The notes beneath the pieces were generated by a model, which was not told the DNA's origin, made no database searches, and saw nothing but the letters and a program-made list of their open reading frames with translations. Below, one piece after another: positions 58,035 to 64,000 of a stretch of 64,000 bases of DNA; the stretch's first letter is position 1; each line of letters opens with the position of its first letter. This DNA is from a virus: the IMG/VR virus record IMGVR_UViG_3300021963_000102, positions 7,098-71,097 of that record; one strand, 5' to 3'. The translations under genes and the position numbers were made by a program.

Positions 58035-58207
58035 ATAAAGAGCAACAAAAGCGTCTCATTACAGAAATAATGAATGAGGATGCTAAAGATGACCTCATAC
58101 AACTAGCAAAAGAAAGCTGGGAAGGATGTCAGGGATGTGATGAGAATGATAGAAACTTTTGGATAAACGGATTTATTCATGGCTATAATGCCGCTAAAAA
58201 CAAATAA
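58031..58207 (+). CDS. 58-aa hypothetical protein (below the ORF-track cutoff)
   Basis: MNKEQQKRLITEIMNEDAKDD...GCQGC...GFIHGYNAAKNK; ATGA overlap with the upstream stop. Confidence 0.65.
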   Translation: MNKEQQKRLITEIMNEDAKDDLIQLAKESWEGCQGCDENDRNFWINGFIHGYNAAKNK

Positions 58208-58208
58208 T

Positions 58209-58580
58209 ATGACAGCAGAATTTATCCCCTACGCACAAGCATTAGAACTTAAAGAATTAGGTTTTGATTATTACAATATTGCTTGGTATGCTGTTATTGA
58301 TGAAAAACCGAGGATAGTATTTTTAAATTATGGCGATCATTGGAAAATATGTGCACCACTATACCAACAAGCATTTAGATGGTTTAGAGAGAAGCATAAT
58401 TTATTTTCTGTTATAGATGTAGACCAAACAATGGAGCCTAAATTTTGCTATTCATTATCAAAATATGCAGATCCTTATGATTGGGCAATATTGGTATTTA
58501 ATAGTGAATTATATTATACCTACGAAGAAGCAGAACTTGCTTGTCTTAAGAAACTAATTGAAATCGTTAAAAACAAATAA
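58209..58580 (+). CDS. Conserved hypothetical Bacteroidetes-phage protein
   Basis: FIPYAQALELKELGFD...APLYQQAFRWFREKH...TYEEAELACLKKLIE. Confidence 0.7.
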   Translation: MTAEFIPYAQALELKELGFDYYNIAWYAVIDEKPRIVFLNYGDHWKICAPLYQQAFRWFREKHNLFSVIDVDQTMEPKFCYSLSKYADPYDWAILVFNSELYYTYEEAELACLKKLIEIVKNK

Positions 58581-58581
58581 T

Positions 58582-58779
58582 ATGACACAACAAACAGCAG
58601 TAGAATGGTTTGCTGAAAAAACAGCAGAACTTGGTTATGTATCATCTGATATATTTCAACAAGCCAAAGCAATGGAGAAAGAGCAAATAAAAAAAGCATT
58701 TGAATTTGGAGTAGCAGATGCTTATAACTTTATTGAAGATGAAGCAGAAGAATACTACAACCAAACCTATAACAAATAA
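58582..58779 (+). CDS. Conserved hypothetical Bacteroidetes-phage protein
   Basis: QTAVEW...QAKAMEKEQI...AEEYYNQTY. Confidence 0.7.
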   Translation: MTQQTAVEWFAEKTAELGYVSSDIFQQAKAMEKEQIKKAFEFGVADAYNFIEDEAEEYYNQTYNK

Positions 58780-58791
58780 CACACACACATC

Positions 58792-59244
58792 ATGAAAAAA
58801 GTATTAATGGGACACGCTGCTGTTGATTCTGGTCAACTGCTTGTATGTGATCCTTGTTATATTGACAGTGAATGGGAGAAAGAAGATTTTAAAGACATTC
58901 GTATTTACATACATAAGGTGACAGGTGAGAGGCTACAATACCTGTCTGATTTTGAAAGCTTTGAGCAGGTGATTCCTAGATATGGGAAAACCATGAATCA
59001 ACTACTTGAAACAAATGAATGGGTGTTTTCAGAGGAACATCCAGTTGAAAATCCTTTTAGCTATAACGCATGTGCTAAAGCCACTCTATCAGAAGATGGA
59101 TATGATGAACTCAAGTTTAAAATAGGACATCCTGGTGCTGGTGTAGCATTTTCCACTGTAATAGGTGATGGGCTATTCCCTGTATATGGGTATTTTAATG
59201 ATGATGGCTATTTAAAGAGTGTAGAAATTGAAATCCTTAATTAA
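58792..59244 (+). CDS. DUF4241-like hypothetical protein
   Basis: VDSGQLLVCDPCY...GVAFST..GDGLFPVY motifs. Confidence 0.55.
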   Translation: MKKVLMGHAAVDSGQLLVCDPCYIDSEWEKEDFKDIRIYIHKVTGERLQYLSDFESFEQVIPRYGKTMNQLLETNEWVFSEEHPVENPFSYNACAKATLSEDGYDELKFKIGHPGAGVAFSTVIGDGLFPVYGYFNDDGYLKSVEIEILN

Positions 59245-59257
59245 AAACCTTCTAAAA

Positions 59258-59467
59258 ATGTATGCAAATATTAAACGCTATGCTATGCGTGAACCAGCAA
59301 TTGGTCAAAGAATAGAGCTCATTGAAATGGTTGATGATCCTCAGCCTATAGAGCCTGGAACACAGGGCACTGTTACACATGTAGGTGGAGATGTTATAAA
59401 CATTAAATGGGACAACGGTAGAACTCTTGGTGTTGTAATGGGAATAGATAAATATAAAACTATATAA
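59258..59467 (+). CDS. DUF4314-like SH3-fold protein
   Basis: GQRIELIEMVDDPQPIEPGTQGTV...IKWDNGRTLGVV.GID. Confidence 0.7.
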   Translation: MYANIKRYAMREPAIGQRIELIEMVDDPQPIEPGTQGTVTHVGGDVINIKWDNGRTLGVVMGIDKYKTI

Positions 59468-59468
59468 T

Positions 59469-59678
59469 ATGATAATAGGAGAAACATTTCAAAGACCTAG
59501 TGATGCAACAACACCTGGACCAAAAAGAATGCAAACATGGCAAATTGTTAGGAATTTAGAAAAGGACATCTATGAGTGCAAACTTATAGACTATGTTCAA
59601 AACATAATGCTATCATCCAATCCTCAAATACGTACATTTAGAGAAAGAGATATAGAGAAATATCTAAAAAACCAATAA
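59469..59678 (+). CDS. Hypothetical protein
   Basis: 69 aa, tightly packed. Confidence 0.6.
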   Translation: MIIGETFQRPSDATTPGPKRMQTWQIVRNLEKDIYECKLIDYVQNIMLSSNPQIRTFRERDIEKYLKNQ

Positions 59679-59680
59679 AC

Positions 59681-60364
59681 ATGTACTATCCCGCAGAGCT
59701 TGTATTAAAGAGCTACAAACCCCTATCTCTGGAAAAAGGAATGTATTTTATTACAAAACTCAATCCTGGCACCAGAAAAGAATATGTTGAACTGTGGCAA
59801 TTAGATGAGATTCCTCAAAATATGGAGGAATTCCTTGTTAAAAATGGATGTCCTGTAGAATTACAGGTGGTTATTGATGACACTGTTGTTGCTGAACATG
59901 AACAGATTGGCTGGTTTGATGCAGGAGATGATGTAGATGATTTAGAAGACATATCTCTCAAACAGCTAAACATTATTCTCTCTGATTATGATGGGGATGT
60001 AGAACTAGCAATGTTTGAGGATGAGGATGAAGAGGGTGCAATCACCTACTCTCCAGCAACACTTCTTGATAAGGTGATGCTTCGCCATCCCACTAACTAT
60101 TTTGATGATGATGATGATTACATCACAGACTTAGAAGTGTGGACTAATGGCAGAAAACTAGGTAGTGAGCGCATTATTATGGATGGCAACCACTATATAG
60201 AGCACTGTGTGGAATATGACAACAGGCTTTGGGCTATTGTCACTACATTAGAGCATGATTTGATGTGGCCTAAAGCAGAGGCTGTATTACATGCTGATGA
60301 TGACAGTGAGCTAGATGAACAGTGGGATGATGACATGGATGATAATTCTTGGAAAGAAGACTAA
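59681..60364 (+). CDS. Highly acidic hypothetical protein
   Basis: 227 aa, very Asp/Glu-rich. Confidence 0.7.
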   Translation: MYYPAELVLKSYKPLSLEKGMYFITKLNPGTRKEYVELWQLDEIPQNMEEFLVKNGCPVELQVVIDDTVVAEHEQIGWFDAGDDVDDLEDISLKQLNIILSDYDGDVELAMFEDEDEEGAITYSPATLLDKVMLRHPTNYFDDDDDYITDLEVWTNGRKLGSERIIMDGNHYIEHCVEYDNRLWAIVTTLEHDLMWPKAEAVLHADDDSELDEQWDDDMDDNSWKED

Positions 60365-60379
60365 AAACTATACACACTC

Positions 60380-60553
60380 ATGAAATGGTTAAAAACATTA
60401 TTATTTGGCCAGAGAGCCAAATCCCTCGAACCTATTAAATTAGGTTTTCACACTGTCTATCCTGAGCACAATCAGCCATTTGATTATGGTGATTGGTGCA
60501 AAGAGTTCAGGGTGAGCATAATGCATGGTAAACAAACTGTTCATTTAAATTAA
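60380..60553 (+). CDS. 57-aa hypothetical protein (below the ORF-track cutoff)
   Basis: MKWLKTLLFGQRAKSLEPIKLGFHTVYPEH...; fills the gap. Confidence 0.55.
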   Translation: MKWLKTLLFGQRAKSLEPIKLGFHTVYPEHNQPFDYGDWCKEFRVSIMHGKQTVHLN

Positions 60554-60560
60554 ATTAATT

Positions 60561-61133
60561 ATGGGAGTAGATATTTCAGGGATAGATCCTCAAATAGTTG
60601 GGGAACACCCACAAAGACCAGATTGGGAAACAGCCACAGAGTATGAAAAGGATATGTATTTCAACTCTATGGACCTGTTTCATAGTAGTAATCCTGGTGT
60701 TTATTTTAGAAGCAATTGGTGGGGTTGGAGACCCATACATGCTATTGCAGACATGGCTATAAAGCTAGCAGAACTTCCTTTTGACACAAGCAATTGGGGG
60801 TCTAATGATGGTGGTGGTTTAAAGACACAGCAAGAATGTGATGATTTAGCCAACGCTATGGAGCTATTTATGGAGCTTAACAATGCTAATATGCATGACA
60901 TGGATGATACATTCTATCTATGTTTAGGAGCATGGACCAACTCTAGTGGTGGATTTATTGACCAAAAGAGAAAAAATGAGCTTAACAAACAATATCCAAT
61001 AGGCACCATCCTCTATCGTGGTGTGGTGAATAATGAGGGTAGATTAGTGTTTCCAGCTCATAGTGCACCTCTCTATCACATAACAAACTTTGTAACATTC
61101 CTCCGTAAATGTGGAGGATTTGAAATCTGGTAA
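60561..61133 (+). CDS. Conserved hypothetical phage protein
   Basis: MGVDISG...GVYFRSNWWGWRPI...FLRKCGGFEIW. Confidence 0.7.
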   Translation: MGVDISGIDPQIVGEHPQRPDWETATEYEKDMYFNSMDLFHSSNPGVYFRSNWWGWRPIHAIADMAIKLAELPFDTSNWGSNDGGGLKTQQECDDLANAMELFMELNNANMHDMDDTFYLCLGAWTNSSGGFIDQKRKNELNKQYPIGTILYRGVVNNEGRLVFPAHSAPLYHITNFVTFLRKCGGFEIW

Positions 61134-61159
61134 TTATTAATCCAATAAAATCAAGTAAA

Positions 61160-61468
61160 ATGGCAAGATCAAACTTTATGTCCTTGAAAAAGCAGGACAT
61201 TCAGACACTTAAGTCAATGATTCGTACAGGTGAGCCTGTTTATCGAATTGCAAAACGCATGGCTCCTCAGTACAACAGAACCACTGAGTCATTCATGGTG
61301 ACACTCTACAAACTAGCCAAGCAAACTCGTAAGATTGCTGAATGGACTGGTCCAAAAAGAATTAGAAAGAGTGCAGCAGCAGCAACAAAGGTGTATGAAA
61401 CATCTCCCACCACCACTAAGTATGCAAAGGTGGAAAGATTTGAAGATCACATCCGTATCTATTTCTAA
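61160..61468 (+). CDS. Basic hypothetical protein (possible DNA binder)
   Basis: 102 aa, Lys/Arg-rich. Confidence 0.6.
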   Translation: MARSNFMSLKKQDIQTLKSMIRTGEPVYRIAKRMAPQYNRTTESFMVTLYKLAKQTRKIAEWTGPKRIRKSAAAATKVYETSPTTTKYAKVERFEDHIRIYF

Positions 61469-61481
61469 AACCCCACACATC

Positions 61482-61706
61482 ATGCGAAAGACCTCACCTA
61501 CCCTTGTTTGGTCAGCTAAACCAAACAATCCAACCATCCTTGTTTATTCGCTTGAAAATTCTGTCAGTCAGTTTGTAGATGCTGTGTTCTCTGCAAAGAG
61601 AAAAAGCTTTAGAACTGATAGACTTATTCATAGAAATGGAAAGCTGTATTACAGTCCAAGCGATGAATACAGAGAATATGTTGTTAGAATCAGAAAAATT
61701 AAGTAG
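61482..61706 (+). CDS. Hypothetical protein
   Basis: Likely start MRKTSP at 61482. Confidence 0.55.
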   Translation: MRKTSPTLVWSAKPNNPTILVYSLENSVSQFVDAVFSAKRKSFRTDRLIHRNGKLYYSPSDEYREYVVRIRKIK

Positions 61707-61717
61707 ATTTGATTTTA

Positions 61718-61762
61718 ATTAGGAGTGTAGGAAGTACATGTCCTACATTCCTAATATTTTTT
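61718..61762 (+). terminator. Intrinsic terminator
   Basis: ATTAGGAGTGTAGGA/TCCTACATTCCTAAT followed by ATTTTTT. Confidence 0.75.
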
Positions 61763-61786
61763 ACACACACACCCCCCTCATAGTAT

Positions 61787-62771
61787 ATGAATGTTCTTAT
61801 ATACGACATAGAAACCCTCAAGGAATTCTTTCTTGTTGTGGTGTACAATCCAGTCACAGAAGTTTATAGAGAGTTTCAGGTGAATAGATATAAAAACCGC
61901 CTAGATGGACTTATGGCATTTATAGAGAGCCACAAAGACTATTATTGGGTGGGCTATAACAATCTACGTTTTGACTCTCAGGTGATGGAATGGGTGATAC
62001 GCAACTATGAGAATTGGCATGAGCTTTCAAATCTGGAAATAACAGCTAGAATAGCTCAAAAAGCATCTGATGTTATTGATGATGCAAACCATGAATTGTT
62101 CCCTGAATATCGTGAATCAGACCTATCCATTAAACAGCTTGATCTTTTTAAAATACACCATTTTGACAATAAGAACAGGCGTGTAAGCCTTAAAAGGCTA
62201 GAGTTTGAGATGGATTTAGAGAATATTGAAGAGATGCCTATTTCACATGTCAAGGAATCCTTGACAACTGAGGACATAACTCTTATAACAGAATATTGTA
62301 TTAATGATGTTAAAGCCACCTACCAGTTCTATCTGGTCACTATTGGTGAGACAGACCATCCTTTATATAAGGGAGACAATAAAATTGAGCTGAGACAGGA
62401 TATAGAGGCTGAATTTGGTATTCCCTGCCTTAACTATTCAGACAGTAAGATAGGGGATGAGATGATTAAGAAATACTATTGCCAAGAGAAGGGAATAGAA
62501 TACAAAGAACTTCCAAAGAAGGGATTCTTTAGGAAGAGTATAGATGTACACAAATGCATAGCTCCATATGTGAGTTTTCAAACCCCAGAGCTACAAGCCT
62601 TCCTTAAGAAGATAAAGAAGCTAAAGCTGGGTATGCAAGATGATTTCAAAGAGGAGCTACATTTCTATGGTAATACGTATTCCTTTATGAAGGGTGGACT
62701 GCATACAGAGAATAGCCCAAAGGTGTTTGAAGCTGATGATGAGTATGAAATAATAGATTGGGATGTTTCGT
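61787..62771 (+). CDS. polB: Family B DNA polymerase, exon 1 (3'-5' exonuclease up to motif A)
   Basis: YDIET, GYNNLRFD, YCIND and GGLH motifs; IIDWDVS breaks off in motif A. Confidence 0.9.
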
Positions 62772-62990
62772 TAACAATATGGCGAAACTAAAATTCCTTA
62801 AATTGACGGGAACCTCCTTAGAGCTTAACCTACCAAGCTATGGTAGAAATACACATAGTGGCTGAAGTAATTACTCAGGTATGGTAAAAAAGGTTAAGAT
62901 TGGACAATCCGCAGCCAAGGGTCTATAGTGAAATAGATCAAGGTTCAGAGACTAAACAGGGAACATTTAACAATTAATTAACACAAGTGT

Positions 62991-63022
62991 CTTGGTTCTA
63001 TCCATGTAATTACATACATTTG
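62991..63022 (+). promoter_or_regulatory. Intron-internal Bacteroidetes promoter (-33 CTTG, -7 TACATTTG)
   Basis: Same elements and 20-nt spacer as the 17114 promoter, 4 nt before the annotated GIY-YIG ATG. Confidence 0.6.
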
Positions 63023-63026
63023 TAAC

Positions 63027-63707
63027 ATGAAATTGAATAGAAAAGAACACTTAAACCAAAGTGGAATATATTGTATAGCAAATAAAGTGAATGGTAAAGT
63101 CTATATTGGAAAAGCAAAATGTATTTATTCAAGAGTTAAACAACACGTAACTCAGTTGAATAAAAAAAGAAGAGATGAAGAAAATGATCATCTTATAAAC
63201 GCTTGGCACAAATATGGAAAAGATAACTTTCACTATTTTATTTTAGAATATACAACACTTGACCAGTTAGCAAGCAGAGAGTTATATTGGCAAAAGATCT
63301 TTGAATGTACTGATAGAAATAAAGGATATAATTTTAGAGAAGATTCTGAAACAGGATGTGTTGTTTCTTTAGAAACAAGAAAAAAACTTAGCGAAGCTCA
63401 AATTAAAAGATTTTCTGATCCAAAAGAGAGACAAAAAGTAAGTCACACTTATTGGAAAGATAATCCAGAGGCTACTAAGGAAATGGCAAAAAAAGTTTCA
63501 GAAGCTACAACTAAATATTATATCAATCAGTATACTAAAGATGGTCAATTTATAAAAAGATGGAATTCTGTAAAAGAAATAACAGAACAAAATTCTTCTT
63601 ATAAATGGCAGCAAATATATTCAGTTTGTTCAGGTCACAAACCTTCAATTTATGGGTTTGTTTGGAAAAAAGAATTAAAGTTAAATGATGATATAGTCCA
63701 GCTGTAA
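63027..63707 (+). CDS. Intron-encoded GIY-YIG homing endonuclease with NUMOD-type DNA-binding repeats
   Basis: SGIYCIAN.VNGKVYIG...R...E...GYN; SLETRKKLSEA (NUMOD3-like); INQYTKDGQFIKRWNS...YGFVW (NUMOD1-like). Confidence 0.92.
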   Translation: MKLNRKEHLNQSGIYCIANKVNGKVYIGKAKCIYSRVKQHVTQLNKKRRDEENDHLINAWHKYGKDNFHYFILEYTTLDQLASRELYWQKIFECTDRNKGYNFREDSETGCVVSLETRKKLSEAQIKRFSDPKERQKVSHTYWKDNPEATKEMAKKVSEATTKYYINQYTKDGQFIKRWNSVKEITEQNSSYKWQQIYSVCSGHKPSIYGFVWKKELKLNDDIVQL

Positions 63708-63732
63708 TTGAAAGGTTACAGAGGCTGGAATG

Positions 63733-64000
63733 CATACTATCCAGCCATCATCATCAATAATGGCAAATATCCTCAACATCTAGGAAAAGAGTTTCTACGT
63801 GGTTATCAAGCTATGTTTGAGAAGCGATTGGAACTCAAGCCTTTAGCTAAGAAGGATAAGAAAATCAAGGGTATTGTAGGTGCACTCAAGCTTGCTGTAA
63901 ACTCTGTATATGGTAAGAGTTCAGACATGCAAAGCTGGATATATGATAGACAGCTCACTATGTTTACCACTATTACAGGAGAGCTCAGCCTTATGATGCT
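63733..64000 (+). CDS. polB: Family B DNA polymerase, exon 2 (partial)
   Basis: (S)YYPAIII...KRLELK...LKLAVNSVYGK (motif B)...TITGEL; runs off the right edge. Confidence 0.9.

Larger units (their letters stand above)
62772..63732 (+). mobile_element. Group I self-splicing intron in polB
   Basis: P1 GTTTCGT/GCGAAAC with U.G at the splice site; P AAATTGACGGGAA, Q AATCCGCAGC, R GTTCAGAGACTA, S GATATAGTCC; terminal G at 63732; splicing restores DVSSYYP. Confidence 0.92.

Noticed and set aside
61787-62791. Truncated or pseudogenised DNA polymerase
   Set aside because: Explained by the group I intron; splicing restores the frame and motif A.
51046-63735. Short minus-strand ORFs in the early region
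   Set aside because: They lie antisense to well-supported plus-strand genes or the tRNA-like element.
1-64000. Stop-codon reassignment, known in some crAss-like phages
   Set aside because: Late genes up to 11.9 kb are open and abut each other under the standard code, and no suppressor tRNA is seen.

Overview
This window is part of a crAss-like (Crassvirales-type) phage genome with a Bacteroidetes host, read in the standard genetic code. The minus strand (about 1-50.5 kb) holds the late module: terminase, portal, scaffold-like protein, major capsid protein, tail ring and muzzle proteins, IHF/HU-like proteins, large internal cargo proteins, a 3,954-aa virion RNA polymerase polyprotein (DFDID motif, zincin, C-terminal ASCH) and a truncated nuclease-containing giant protein. 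A C-rich non-coding strand-switch region lies at about 50.55-50.96 kb. The plus strand then carries early/middle genes: a probable SSB, a tRNA-like RNA, a MoxR AAA+/VWA pair, a phosphoesterase, many small ORFs and a family B DNA polymerase. The polymerase is split by a group I intron (62772-63732) encoding a GIY-YIG endonuclease with its own promoter. The most unusual signals are (i) about 20 copies of a short [FMYLA]-[QRAE]-x-G-[GA] motif that punctuates two cargo proteins at module boundaries, (ii) a shared Cys-poly-Thr-hydrophobic C-terminal tail on five virion proteins, (iii) an apparently split, decorated muzzle gene, and (iv) a tRNA-like RNA lacking a normal anticodon loop. All family calls come from motif recognition and gene order; no database searches were run.
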